Numbered from the stretch's first letter, positions 1 to 9,381 are shown. The stretch: 64,000 nucleotides of DNA from Alphaproteobacteria bacterium (GCA_009927055.1 RFNS01000177.1:29794-93793); one strand, 5' to 3'. Notes: a model not told the origin generated them from the sequence alone. Program-made: numbers and translations.

Positions 1-593
1 ACAAGGGCCTGCACCTCTGATAATTTTTTTCCTGTCGCCTGATGATTAAGATAATTAGCCGCCATTTGCAGTTGCGCGGGCGAAAGGGGTTGCTGCGTCT
101 CAATCACCCGATTTTCGACCTGCCCATGCACCCCCACCAACACCACCAGCACCTGCCGCGGCGACAGCAGCACAAAATCAATCTGCCGCAGAGAAAAATC
201 GGTTTTGGGGGCCACCACCAAACTGGCACACGCCGCCAGCCCCGACAGCATGGTGGTGGTTTCATTCAGCACCTGCGGCAAACTTTTACCCGCCACCATC
301 GCTTGGCTCGACATTTGCTCTTGCTGCTCTTGGGTTAAATCGCCCACCTGTAGCAACCCATCGATGAACAGGCGCAACCCCAGGTCTGTGGGCATGCGGC
401 CCGCGCTGGTGTGCGGCGCAACCAAAAGCCCTCTTTCTTCCAGATCAGCCATCACCGACCGGATGCTGGCGGGTGATAAATGCATACGGGCCGAGATGAT
501 GCGGCTTCCCACAGGCTCGCCTGTTGTCAGATAACTGTCGATCAGCAGCCTGAAAACCTCACGCGCGCGGTCTGAAAGCTCAGAGATTTGCAT
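1..593 (-). CDS. hrcA: Heat-inducible transcription repressor HrcA, N-terminal part (C-terminus runs off window start)
   Basis: Reverse-complement translation from ATG at 593 gives MQISELSDRAREVFRLLIDSYLTTGEPVGSRIISARMHLSPASIRSVMADLEERGLL..., typical HrcA winged-helix N-terminus; ORF continues to position 1 without stop. Confidence 0.85.
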   Translation of the reverse strand, partial: MQISELSDRAREVFRLLIDSYLTTGEPVGSRIISARMHLSPASIRSVMADLEERGLLVAPHTSAGRMPTDLGLRLFIDGLLQVGDLTQEQQEQMSSQAMVAGKSLPQVLNETTTMLSGLAACASLVVAPKTDFSLRQIDFVLLSPRQVLVVLVGVHGQVENRVIETQQPLSPAQLQMAANYLNHQATGKKLSEVQAL

Positions 594-610
594 GAATTCT
601 ATCTAGGCCT

Positions 611-1912
611 TTGGCCGCCCTCCCTCAAGTCCTTAACAAAAGCTTAGTGATGCTGGCGCACAATACCAGCATGAGGATTATGGAATTCAGGGCCGATATC
701 AGCGATGCCGACCTGGTGCGCGAGCAGGATTTTATTTTGCGCCTGCGCCGCTGGCAGCGGCATCAGACCCCGCTGACGATGGTGAATGTGCTGCTGACCA
801 AACATCCCGCCCTGTTTGACGACAAAGAAAAAATTGCGGCTGTTTGTGCGTTTCTTGAAAACTATGCGGGCCAGCATCATGCCGAAATGCATGCCCTGAC
901 CATGGGCGATGTTTTTCTGGTTTTTCCGCCGCATCAGTTTTCAAAGCAGAAATTTTTGGCCGAATTGTCTGAGGCACTGACGCAGACATTGACATCGACC
1001 ACCCCAGATGACGTGAACAACATCATTGTCACCTACAATTTTCCGGCCGATTACACGCCGCTGCGCGAAAGTTTGAACCAGTCGATTGATGCCGTGCGCG
1101 CGCATCGCGATCTGCAGCCATCGCAAGCCACCCCGCAGCAACTTCTGCAAAGCGATTTGGCGCAAGGCAGCCTGACCGCGTGGAGCCTGAGCCAAATTGA
1201 AGGCTTGTTATCTGATCTGGATGTGAAACGATATATACGCGCGCAACCTCTTTACCGGCACACGGCGCAAGGCTGGCAGCCTATCGCCAAGGAATATTAT
1301 ATTGGCATTGAGGAATTGAAAAAAGAACGCTTCCCGCGTCTGAATGTGCGCGCGCCCGAAAGATTGTTTCTAGAGTTATGCAGCACACTGGATAAACGCC
1401 TGCTGAACGAAATTGCCCCGCAGCCCGCCTTGTGGGAAAACCAGCGCGTCCACCTTAATCTGGCGATGGAGACGGCGTTGACCGCGGGCTTTGCCCAATT
1501 CTGCAAAACGGTCGCGCGCGACAAACGCCAAAATATTGTGTTTGAATTAAACCGGTCCGATCTGCTGTTCGATTTTTCCACCACCCTGAATGTGATCGAT
1601 ATTTTGCGGCGCGAGGGGTTTGGCATTGTGCTGGATGGCATTCACCCCGAAATTCTGCCCTATTTCAACATTGGTCTGCTGCCGGTCGATGGATATAAAA
1701 TCAAGGTCAGCCGCGATCATTTCGAACCTCTGGCGCACGATGATGTGGTGCGCGCGCTTCACCATCTTCCGCACGATAAAATTATTTTCTATCGGTGCGA
1801 GCAGGAAGCGGCCCTGTCCATCGGGCAAAAACTGGGCATCGCCACCTATCAGGGTTGGCTGATTGATGATTTGGCGTTAGGGTTAGGACTCAATGCCACA
1901 GGACACCCATGA
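611..1912 (+). CDS. GGDEF-EAL tandem-domain protein with degenerate catalytic motifs in both domains (likely non-enzymatic c-di-GMP-related regulator/scaffold); start uncertain (alternative ATGs at 650/671/680)
   Basis: 433-aa ORF. Middle region reads ...ALTMGDVFLVFPP... where a GG(D/E)EF motif would sit (GGDEF -> TMGDVF). C-terminal region aligns to EAL-domain landmarks but with substitutions: FELNRSDL (EAL-start region), VLDGI in place of DDFGTG, KIKVS in place of KID, ATYQGWLI in place of (a)QGYlf. Confidence 0.55.
   Translation: MAALPQVLNKSLVMLAHNTSMRIMEFRADISDADLVREQDFILRLRRWQRHQTPLTMVNVLLTKHPALFDDKEKIAAVCAFLENYAGQHHAEMHALTMGDVFLVFPPHQFSKQKFLAELSEALTQTLTSTTPDDVNNIIVTYNFPADYTPLRESLNQSIDAVRAHRDLQPSQATPQQLLQSDLAQGSLTAWSLSQIEGLLSDLDVKRYIRAQPLYRHTAQGWQPIAKEYYIGIEELKKERFPRLNVRAPERLFLELCSTLDKRLLNEIAPQPALWENQRVHLNLAMETALTAGFAQFCKTVARDKRQNIVFELNRSDLLFDFSTTLNVIDILRREGFGIVLDGIHPEILPYFNIGLLPVDGYKIKVSRDHFEPLAHDDVVRALHHLPHDKIIFYRCEQEAALSIGQKLGIATYQGWLIDDLALGLGLNATGHP
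648..674. promoter_or_regulatory. Inverted repeat TGATGCTGG-N9-CCAGCATGA in hrcA upstream/divergent region (candidate operator; not canonical CIRCE)
   Basis: 9-bp arms with 9-bp spacer, 8/9 complementary, 55 bp upstream of hrcA ATG on opposite strand. Confidence 0.2.
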
Positions 1913-1927
1913 CGCTCTCCCATCGTC

Positions 1928-2020
1928 ATCCTCGCGCAGGCGGGGATCCACTTACCCACCCACACTTCTTGCAGAGGCGTGAAGACTCCCTATCGCCGGA
2001 ATGACGCTGTTTTGTTGTTG
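1928..2020. repeat. Copy of composite intergenic palindromic element (left hairpin CGTCATCCtcgcgcaggcGGGGATcca ... right end GCCGGAATGAC)
   Basis: Shares both end motifs with element at 11098..11215; hairpin ATCCTCGC/GCGGGGAT. Confidence 0.4.
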
Positions 2021-2088
2021 GCTGATCTTAATTTTTTACAGGTCTTTCCCCTTATGTGTCCCCACACTATCCTACACACGGAATCGTT

Positions 2089-2910
2089 ATGCCCTTCGAT
2101 CTTTCTCTTATCGCCATTCCTGCCCTGCTGCTGATTGTGGGGGGGCTTGCCGGAACTCTGGCCGGATTATTTGGCGTGGGCGGTGGCATTATCATGGTGC
2201 CGATGCTCTCCAGCGGTTTGGCCATGCTGGGCACCCAGCACGATACCGCCATGCACGTCGCTGTGGCCACATCGCTGGCCACTATCATTCCTACATCCTT
2301 AATGTCGTTTCGCACGCACATGAAGCAGGGCAGTGTTGATACAGCCATTCTGCGTGAAGCCGTGACATGGATTGTTCTGGGGGCCATGGCGGGCAGTTTT
2401 ATCGCCTCCCAAATCTCTGCAAAATATATTTCGCTGTTTTTTGTAGGCCTGTGCGGTTTTATGATCTGGCATTATCTGGCCAAAGATCACCTGAATGTCG
2501 CCCCCAGCTTTATGCCCGGCCCCATTGTGCGCGGGGTATTATGCCTTGGGATTGGGCTTTTTTCATCCATCATGGGCATTGGCGGAGGGGTTTTGGGCGT
2601 TGTGATGCTGACCGCCTTTGGCCTGCCCATTCATCGCGCTGTCTCAACCGCTGCGGCCTTTGGGTTGATTGTGGCCGTGCCCAGCACCATCATTAATGCC
2701 CTGCACGAGGTGGAGGGGTTTGTCCCCTTCGGCACCATTGGCACCATTCATCCCTTGGGCATTTTGTTACTCACCCCCACGGCCATGATCATGGCGCGCA
2801 TAGGGGCCAGGTGGGCGCATAAAATATCGGCCAAAAAACTGAAAGGTGCTTTTGTTATTCTCATCAGCATCATCGGGGCCAAGATGCTGATCAGCACTTT
2901 GATGTTTTAA
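2089..2910 (+). CDS. TauE/SafE (TSUP) family sulfite/anion exporter membrane protein
   Basis: Polytopic membrane protein with two GxGGG-containing repeats (GLFGVGGGIIMVP ... MGIGGGVLGV), 4+4 TM pattern typical of DUF81/TauE. Confidence 0.75.
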   Translation: MPFDLSLIAIPALLLIVGGLAGTLAGLFGVGGGIIMVPMLSSGLAMLGTQHDTAMHVAVATSLATIIPTSLMSFRTHMKQGSVDTAILREAVTWIVLGAMAGSFIASQISAKYISLFFVGLCGFMIWHYLAKDHLNVAPSFMPGPIVRGVLCLGIGLFSSIMGIGGGVLGVVMLTAFGLPIHRAVSTAAAFGLIVAVPSTIINALHEVEGFVPFGTIGTIHPLGILLLTPTAMIMARIGARWAHKISAKKLKGAFVILISIIGAKMLISTLMF

Positions 2911-2976
2911 TCGCAAAACCTGTCAGAAATGATTTTTTTCATCAGCCCATGCGGCGGCATGGCACAGGCCCATTTT

Positions 2977-3648
2977 TCAGAAAAGCTGGGTTATAATTTT
3001 TTGGGCGGCATCGCGCGCGTTGGGCAGTTGTGCCGGATCATGCCCAGGGTAGGCCGCCGCATGCAGCTTTGTGGCCATGGGGCCGGGGTCGTTCAGCCGC
3101 ACGTTGATGCCGCCGCCTGTTGGCTGTTCGGCTGCAAAACTTTGCAACAAACATTCAAACGCCATTTTGCTGGCACGATAGGCCGACCAATAAGCGGTGT
3201 GCGACATCAGAGATTGGCAGGTGATGCCCAAAACAAAACTGCCCGCCGCCTGTTGCAACAGCGGGGCAAGGCTGCGCAGCAGGCGGAAGTTGGCTGTGGC
3301 ATTCACCATCATGCACGTGTGCCATTCTTTGGGTGTTGTTTGCGCGGCGGGCGCAAGCTCGCCCAAATGCGCGGCGTTCAGCACCAGACCATCTAACTTG
3401 CCAAAACGTTCATACACGTGGGCGCCCAGCGCATCCAGCTGATCATGATGATCTGACATATCGCACGGCACCAGTGTCGCCTGCGGGCCGCCTGCTGCCT
3501 GAATGGCATCATCCAGCGCGGTCAATCCCCCCTGGGTGCGGGCCAGCGCGATGATGTGGTGGCCCAAAGCCCCCATCGATTCTGCCAGGGCAAAACCCAA
3601 GCCGCGCGAAGCCCCCGTGACCAGAATAATTTTTCTCTGGGACATCAA
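2977..3648 (-). CDS. Short-chain dehydrogenase/reductase (SDR) family oxidoreductase
   Basis: N-terminal TGASRGLG Rossmann motif, 223 aa; start overlaps purF stop (ATGA). Confidence 0.75.
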   Translation of the reverse strand: MMSQRKIILVTGASRGLGFALAESMGALGHHIIALARTQGGLTALDDAIQAAGGPQATLVPCDMSDHHDQLDALGAHVYERFGKLDGLVLNAAHLGELAPAAQTTPKEWHTCMMVNATANFRLLRSLAPLLQQAAGSFVLGITCQSLMSHTAYWSAYRASKMAFECLLQSFAAEQPTGGGINVRLNDPGPMATKLHAAAYPGHDPAQLPNARDAAQKIITQLF

Positions 3649-5099
3649 GCAAGCCGTTTAAGGGGCAACGCCGCCGAGGTTTGGCAGGTTGTCATATCGG
3701 TTAAGGCAATGGGATAATCGCCGCTGAAGCACGCATCGCAAAATTGCGGGGCATTGGTGTTGCGCATCGCCTCGCCCGTCGCGCGATACAACCCATCCAA
3801 CGAGATGAAAGCCAGGCTATCGACGCCAATCAGTTTTGCCATATCATCCACGCTGTGGATGTGCGCCAGAAGTTTTTCTTTTTCAGGTGTATCGATGCCG
3901 TAAAAGCAGCTGTGCCTGGTGGGTGGGCTGCTGATACGCATGTGAACTTGGCGGGCACCGGCGGCGCGCACCATTTCCACAATTTTTTTCGATGTCGTGC
4001 CGCGTACAATAGAATCATCCACCAAAATCACCCGCTTGCCCTGAATATAGCTGCGATTGGGGTTATGTTTCAGTTTCACGCCAAGGTGGCGAATGCGATC
4101 GGTCGGTTCAATAAACGTGCGGCCAACATAGTGATTGCGAATAATGCCCAGATCAAACGGCAGGCCGATTTGCTGGGCAAAGCCAATGGCCGATGGCACG
4201 CCGCTGTCGGGCACGGGCACAACCATATCGGCATCAACGGGCGCTTCAATGGCCAACTCTCGTCCAATCGCTTTGCGAATAGCATAGACCGAGCGTCCTT
4301 CCACCATGCTATCGGGGCGCGCAAAATAAATATATTCAAACACGCAGAAGCGGTGCGGTTTTTTCTGAAACGGCGTAAAACTCTGCAGGCCGGTTTGAGA
4401 AATCACCACCAGCTCGCCCGGCTCCACATCACGCACATAGGTGGCGCCGATGATATCCAGCGCGCAACTCTCGCTGGCCAGCACAAAGGAGTCATCCAGC
4501 TTGCCCAGCATCAGGGGGCGGACGCCATACGGATCACGCACGCCGATCATCGCATCGTCGGTCAGGCAGATCAGCGAATAAGCGCCTTCAATCTGATTCA
4601 GCGATGCTATTAACCGATCGACCACGCTGCTGTTCTGGTGTGTGGCCATCAGATGAATGATGGTTTCGGTATCCGTGCTCGATTGAAAAATGCTGCCCTG
4701 TTTCACTAAGGTTTGACGAATAGTCAGGGCGTTGGTCAGGTTGCCGTTGTGGGCCACAGCAAAACTGCCAAAGGCCATTTCGGCCATCAGCGGCTGAATA
4801 TTACGGCGGGCTGTTTCACCCGTGGTGGCATAACGAACGTGGCCAATGGCATGGGCGCCGTGCAGCTGATCGATGATGTTTTCATTCGCAAAGGTATCGC
4901 TGACCAACCCCAACTCATGCCGCGCAAAAAGTTTTTGACCGTTGCTGGAAATAATGCCGCAGGCTTCCTGTCCGCGATGCTGAAGGGCATGAAGGCCGAG
5001 GGCCACCAGCGCCGCCGCACTTTCATGATTGTACACGCCAAAAATGCCGCACTCCTCGCGCAGTTTGTCATCATCAAAAGGGGTCGATAAAAAATCCAT
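3645..5099 (-). CDS. purF: Amidophosphoribosyltransferase
   Basis: MDFLSTPFDDDKLREECGIFGV... N-terminal nucleophile Cys motif, PRTase motif VDDSIVRGTT, C-terminal Fe-S cysteines; canonical cvpA-purF arrangement. Confidence 0.9.
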   Translation of the reverse strand: MDFLSTPFDDDKLREECGIFGVYNHESAAALVALGLHALQHRGQEACGIISSNGQKLFARHELGLVSDTFANENIIDQLHGAHAIGHVRYATTGETARRNIQPLMAEMAFGSFAVAHNGNLTNALTIRQTLVKQGSIFQSSTDTETIIHLMATHQNSSVVDRLIASLNQIEGAYSLICLTDDAMIGVRDPYGVRPLMLGKLDDSFVLASESCALDIIGATYVRDVEPGELVVISQTGLQSFTPFQKKPHRFCVFEYIYFARPDSMVEGRSVYAIRKAIGRELAIEAPVDADMVVPVPDSGVPSAIGFAQQIGLPFDLGIIRNHYVGRTFIEPTDRIRHLGVKLKHNPNRSYIQGKRVILVDDSIVRGTTSKKIVEMVRAAGARQVHMRISSPPTRHSCFYGIDTPEKEKLLAHIHSVDDMAKLIGVDSLAFISLDGLYRATGEAMRNTNAPQFCDACFSGDYPIALTDMTTCQTSAALPLKRLA

Positions 5100-5100
5100 C

Positions 5101-5739
5101 TCAGGGTGTTTCGGGCATGGCAGGCTTGGGCACAGAGAGATCATTCAACATGTCCTCGCTCTCCTCAATTTCTTTCACGGCTTCTTCGATGTTGCGCTGC
5201 TTGGCCAGCTTCTCGATATTTTCGCCTTTCATAGAATCGGGGATCATTTCCTGAACTTGAAGGGCGATGGCCTCCAGCACCGGGCGGCTGTGCGCATTTT
5301 TCAGCGCGTCGGGCATTTTTTCTTCATCGGGCCAGATCATCAGCACCACCAAATACATCATACCCAAAATCACCACGCCGCGCAGCAGGCCAAAAACAAA
5401 ACCCAGCGAGCTATCGATGGCGGTCATGGTGCGGCCGGTGATTTTGCTGGCCCACATGTTGGTCAGCGGAATAAAAATGACCAACGAAATGGCCACCAAG
5501 ATGGCCAGCGACACCCCATCGGCCACAATGGGGCTGCTGATTTGCCCGCGCAAAAGGCCTGAGACGCCAGGAAACAAAAGGGCCGTGACAGCGCCCGCCG
5601 CAATCCACACACCAATCGAGAGCATTTCGCGCGTGAACCCGCGCATGAGCGCCAGAACACCCGATAAAATAACAAGGCCAATCACGGTCAAATCAACCCA
5701 CTGGGCCCCTTGCAACGTCATTCCGGTTTCTTCACCCAT
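5101..5739 (-). CDS. cvpA: Colicin V production protein CvpA (membrane protein)
   Basis: TM-rich N-terminus, located immediately upstream of purF as in many bacteria; ATG at 5739 has GAGGG RBS 9 nt upstream (track start 5748 is GTG). Confidence 0.8.
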   Translation of the reverse strand: MGEETGMTLQGAQWVDLTVIGLVILSGVLALMRGFTREMLSIGVWIAAGAVTALLFPGVSGLLRGQISSPIVADGVSLAILVAISLVIFIPLTNMWASKITGRTMTAIDSSLGFVFGLLRGVVILGMMYLVVLMIWPDEEKMPDALKNAHSRPVLEAIALQVQEMIPDSMKGENIEKLAKQRNIEEAVKEIEESEDMLNDLSVPKPAMPETP

Positions 5740-5764
5740 GATGTTCACCCTCGCTGATTAATGA

Positions 5765-7135
5765 TTACGCCGCCTTTTGCTTTCTGGTCAACATGGCGGG
5801 CAAATCCTGCAGCAGTGATAATGATTGAATGGCCAGATGGCCATCAAGCGCAGTTGTATATTTGCTGCCGGCCGGAATCAGGGCGCCTGTAAAACCAAGT
5901 TTGCTGGCTTCTTTCAGCCGCAAATCGGCCTGGGCGACGGGGCGAATTTCACCTGTCAGCCCCACTTCGCCAAAGGCCAGCTGCTGCGTGGGCCACGGCG
6001 TGTTAAAGTGAGCCGACAAAAGGGCCGCCGCCACAGCCAAATCGGCCGCGGGTTCTGATATTTTAATGCCCCCCGCCATGTTCAAATAAACATCGGTTTG
6101 ACCAAAGGCGATGCCAAGGCGCGTTTCAAGCACGGCCAGAATAAGATTCAGCCGCGCAAGATCCCACCCCACGCTGGCGCGGCGCGGCGTGCCATAATAG
6201 CTGGGCGAGAGAAGCGCCTGCACCTCGCACAACACGGGCCGCGTGCCTTCAAGCCCGGCAAACACAATGGTGCCGGGCACAGGCAATCGCGTTTCAGACA
6301 AAAAAAGCGCCGAAGGGTTGGTGACTTCCTGCAACCCCTCTGGCCCCATATCAAACACGCCAATTTCATCGGTGGGGCCAAAGCGGTTTTTGGCGGCGCG
6401 CAAAATGCGAAACTGGTGGCCGCGATCACCTTCAAGATACAACACCGTATCGACCATGTGTTCCAAAACCTTGGGGCCTGCAATCATCCCTTCCTTGGTT
6501 ACGTGCCCCACCAGCAGCAGCACAAAACCCATTTTTTTGGCGGCCGATATCAGCTCTAGCGCGCTGGCGCGCACCTGCGCCACGGTGCCTGGCGCACTTT
6601 CAACATTTCCCACACTCATGGTCTGAATACTGTCGACCACCACAATATCGGGCGTGGCCTGTTTCAGCGAGGCGATGATATGATCGACCGAATTTTCGGT
6701 GGCCAGCGCCAGTGGGGCTTTTTGCAGACCCAGCCGCTTGGCGCGCAAACGAATTTGGGCCACGGCCTCCTCGCCCGATAAATAAAGGCAAGGCATTTTG
6801 GCGGCCATTTTGCACATCAGCTGCAGCAGCAGGGTTGATTTGCCAATGCCAGGATCACCGCCGATGAGAATGGCCGAGGCAGGCACAAGCCCACCCCCCA
6901 ACACGCGATCGACCTCTGAAAATCCGGTGGCCTGGCGCGGCGCTTCGGGGGTGTTGTCGGTTAATTGCTCTATGGCGATTTTTCCGCCACCACGCATTTT
7001 CTGGGTCGAGGCGGTTTTGATCACTTCTTCCTGTTGCAAACTGTTCCAGCTGCCGCACGCCTCGCACTTGCCGGCCCATTTGGGGCTGGCGGCGCCACAT
7101 TGCTGGCACACATAGGCCGTGGTTGTTTTGGGCAT
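5765..7135 (-). CDS. radA: DNA repair protein RadA/Sms
   Basis: N-terminal zinc ribbon CQQCGAASPKWAGKCEACGSWNS, Walker A GDPGIGKST, KNRFG motif, C-terminal Lon-like domain. Confidence 0.9.
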   Translation of the reverse strand: MPKTTTAYVCQQCGAASPKWAGKCEACGSWNSLQQEEVIKTASTQKMRGGGKIAIEQLTDNTPEAPRQATGFSEVDRVLGGGLVPASAILIGGDPGIGKSTLLLQLMCKMAAKMPCLYLSGEEAVAQIRLRAKRLGLQKAPLALATENSVDHIIASLKQATPDIVVVDSIQTMSVGNVESAPGTVAQVRASALELISAAKKMGFVLLLVGHVTKEGMIAGPKVLEHMVDTVLYLEGDRGHQFRILRAAKNRFGPTDEIGVFDMGPEGLQEVTNPSALFLSETRLPVPGTIVFAGLEGTRPVLCEVQALLSPSYYGTPRRASVGWDLARLNLILAVLETRLGIAFGQTDVYLNMAGGIKISEPAADLAVAAALLSAHFNTPWPTQQLAFGEVGLTGEIRPVAQADLRLKEASKLGFTGALIPAGSKYTTALDGHLAIQSLSLLQDLPAMLTRKQKAA

Positions 7136-7185
7136 GCCCAAGGGTACGCTGGGGAATATCAGAAATCAATCAGGGTGCAAACCCC

Positions 7186-7779
7186 TCAGGCCAGAATATT
7201 CAGGGCCGAGGCGCCAACATCGATAAAGCTGCCGGGTGCTTTGCTTGTCAGCATGCCGGTGATGACAGTGCTTGTGGGAATGACATTGGTCGTGTTGCGT
7301 CCTGCGGGGCGTTCAACCGTTTCATAATCAAACTTGAAGGTCTTCCCCATCGATAGCTGAATGACATAGTTGGGTTCTTTCGTGCGCGACTCGCCCACCG
7401 CGCGATCAACCTTCAGCACATACAGTTTGGGCTTCACATCCAGCTTGTTGGCCTGCAAATCATCAAAACGCTGTTTCAATTCCGATCCTTCGGCCGCACC
7501 ACTGTCAGCAATCAGGCGGCCTGTGCTGCGTTCCAGTAAACGAAAACGCATATTCACTTCTTCGTTGGTGGTATAGGCCATGCCCAGCGTGCCTTTGGTT
7601 TGCACGCTGAACGAGAAATTATCTTCACGGTCATTGGCGTTATCCAGGGCGCTGGCCACGTTCAGGCGGGTAAAATTGTTGCGCAGCAGGCCAATATAGC
7701 GGGCGTTGGCCAGCGTTTCACTGCGTTCATCAACGCTGCTTCGTGCCAAAACAAATTTTTCGCTGACTCTGTCAACCAT
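7186..7779 (-). CDS. Hypothetical protein (197 aa, no signal peptide, no recognisable domain)
   Basis: Intact ORF with coding-like composition; no family recognised by eye. Confidence 0.4.
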   Translation of the reverse strand: MVDRVSEKFVLARSSVDERSETLANARYIGLLRNNFTRLNVASALDNANDREDNFSFSVQTKGTLGMAYTTNEEVNMRFRLLERSTGRLIADSGAAEGSELKQRFDDLQANKLDVKPKLYVLKVDRAVGESRTKEPNYVIQLSMGKTFKFDYETVERPAGRNTTNVIPTSTVITGMLTSKAPGSFIDVGASALNILA

Positions 7780-7917
7780 GGTTCACCCTCTGCATCATAC
7801 ATGCAAGAAAGTTGCCAAGGCCTGAAGATAGGGTAAATAAACATTAAGGCTGTATTGGCGTTGAAGAAAACACGCTCTGCGTCCATCAAAGACGCCATGA
7901 ACCGGCAGAGACATTCA

Positions 7918-7943
7918 AATTTTTAGATCACATTTTTAGATCA
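7918..7943. repeat. Tandem 2 x 13-bp repeat ATTTTTAGATCAC in intergenic region
   Basis: caaATTTTTAGATCACATTTTTAGATCACacgggg read directly. Confidence 0.5.
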
Positions 7944-8029
7944 CACGGGGCGGCCAAGGGCAGCCCGTGCCAGAATAACGCCGCTTCTTCTGAAAGATTC
8001 AGCCTTATCAGCGCCTCAACCACCCCACC

Positions 8030-8383
8030 TTACGAGGCGACGCGACCCTCATCGCCCGGTTTGCCATCTTGCAAATACTTCCGGCGATAATCCTTCAGGC
8101 GTGTCACACGCAGCGCGCGCGTGCCGTGCCTATCAAACAGTTTTTCCCATGAATGATATTCTTCTTCCGAAATACCATAGCGGTTACAGGCATCGCCCAC
8201 GCTGAGAAGCCCCCGGCGCACGGCGTTGATCACCTGCCCCTTACGCCTTGCCACCCAGCGCGTGGTGTTGGGCGGTGGCAGGTTATCCAGCTCCGATTTA
8301 TGGGCCATTGGCAAAACATTCACGCCAGCAGGTGCGGCATACCCCAAATGACTCTCTGTCATATTCTCCCCCGTTAAATGCAA
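8030..8383 (-). CDS. DUF1153-family small protein (HTH-like; common on alphaproteobacterial plasmids/near IS elements)
   Basis: ...PPPNTTRWVARRKGQVINAVRRGLLSVGDACNRYGISEEEYHSWEKLFDRHGTRALRVTRLKDYR matches the DUF1153 pattern as recalled. Confidence 0.5.
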   Translation of the reverse strand: MHLTGENMTESHLGYAAPAGVNVLPMAHKSELDNLPPPNTTRWVARRKGQVINAVRRGLLSVGDACNRYGISEEEYHSWEKLFDRHGTRALRVTRLKDYRRKYLQDGKPGDEGRVAS

Positions 8384-8487
8384 TCAATGAAAGTAATAAC
8401 AATCTAATCCCTGCAGCTTAACAAAGACCTAAATGATGGTTGCCAGGCCGTTAACCCATGACAAACAGCCAAATAACGAAGGAAAGG

Positions 8488-8562
8488 TGGTTGGGGCGCT
8501 AGGGATCGAACCTAGGAATGGCGGTACCAAAAACCGCTGCCTTACCGCTTGGCTACGCCCCA
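8488..8562 (-). tRNA. tRNA-Gln (anticodon UUG), CCA encoded
   Basis: Reverse complement TGGGGCGTAGCCAAGCGGTAAGGCAGCGGTTTTTGGTACCGCCATTCCTAGGTTCGATCCTAGCGCCCCAACCA folds as cloverleaf: U1-A72 acceptor as in E. coli tRNA-Gln, anticodon loop UUUUGGU, T-loop TTCGATC. Confidence 0.85.
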
Positions 8563-8723
8563 ATGGGTGGATGGTGAAGGTCTTTATAGCGTGTTTTAAG
8601 AAAGCTGCAATACTGTTTGCAACCCAGGCAACGCAAGCCCAGGCAAAGGGTTGAAAGTCATATCAACCTACACCCTATGTTAAAGATTCGCTGCTATTCC
8701 TTGACAATCGAAAGGCTGCACGT

Positions 8724-9182
8724 ATGCGCCAGATGCACGAGACACTGATCGACAAGACCTTTGCGGAGGGTGTCGCCCTGACGCAGGAGGCGCGCAATTA
8801 TATTGCCTATCACGATCGTGCCCCCCGCGCTGCCAATGAACTTCCGCACTGCCTGCATGTGGGCTATCAGCACACGCGCGTATCGGCCCGCCTGATTCAG
8901 GCCATGAGCTGGCTTTTGGCCATCAAAGCCCTGCTGGCTGGCGAAATCTCACAAGAGCAGTTTTCATCACCCACGTTTGCGTTTTCAGGGGGCGAGGAAT
9001 GCGCCGACCCCTCTGGCCCCGATATTGAACAACTGCCCAGCGGCCTTCGCAGCCTGCTAGAGCGCAGCTATCACCTCTACAGCCGCGTGCAACGTCTTGA
9101 TGGCATGGTGAAAGCCCGCATGATGGCCGGCGAAGTGCCCGAATTTGCCGGACACAACGTTATTCAGCTTCATTCGCTTTAG
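8724..9182 (+). CDS. DUF1465-family protein (RcdA-like, alphaproteobacterial)
   Basis: 152 aa, helical; resembles DUF1465/RcdA family by length and motifs (weak, from memory). Confidence 0.4.
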   Translation: MRQMHETLIDKTFAEGVALTQEARNYIAYHDRAPRAANELPHCLHVGYQHTRVSARLIQAMSWLLAIKALLAGEISQEQFSSPTFAFSGGEECADPSGPDIEQLPSGLRSLLERSYHLYSRVQRLDGMVKARMMAGEVPEFAGHNVIQLHSL

Positions 9183-9192
9183 TAATAGAAAG

Positions 9193-9219
9193 ATTTGGTG
9201 ATCCCGGTCGGGTTTGAAC
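9193..9219. repeat. 27-bp direct repeat duplicating the 3' end of tRNA-Lys (second copy 9304..9330) - att-site-like footprint
   Basis: ATTTGGTGATCCCGGTCGGGTTTGAAC occurs at 9193..9219 and 9304..9330; the second copy is the tRNA-Lys 3' 24 nt plus 3 nt. Confidence 0.6.
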
Positions 9220-9265
9220 TGAATGGCTTGGTTGGCGAGTGTACGAGCCTACCAAACATTCATCC

Positions 9266-9290
9266 CCGCGAAGGCGGGGACCTGCGGCAA
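9266..9290. repeat. GC hairpin CCCCGCGAAGGCGGGG (member of CCYCGCGAAGGCGGGG palindrome family; also at 42912..42935)
   Basis: Perfect 6-bp stem with GAAG loop; near-identical motif TACCCTCGCGAAGGCGGGGGC at 42912..42935. Confidence 0.45.
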
Positions 9291-9306
9291 GACGCATGCC
9301 CAAATT

Positions 9307-9381
<75 letters not shown>

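Noticed and set aside
640-680. CIRCE heat-shock element upstream of hrcA
   Set aside because: Geometry matches (9-N9-9) but the sequence is not the TTAGCACTC-N9-GAGTGCTAA consensus; reported only as a generic inverted repeat.
3744-4613. 289-aa plus-strand ORF
   Set aside because: Antisense shadow of purF.
9220-9303. 84-bp segment between the tRNA-Lys 3'-end repeats as a possible integrated element
   Set aside because: Far too short to encode anything; treated as a footprint or remnant only.
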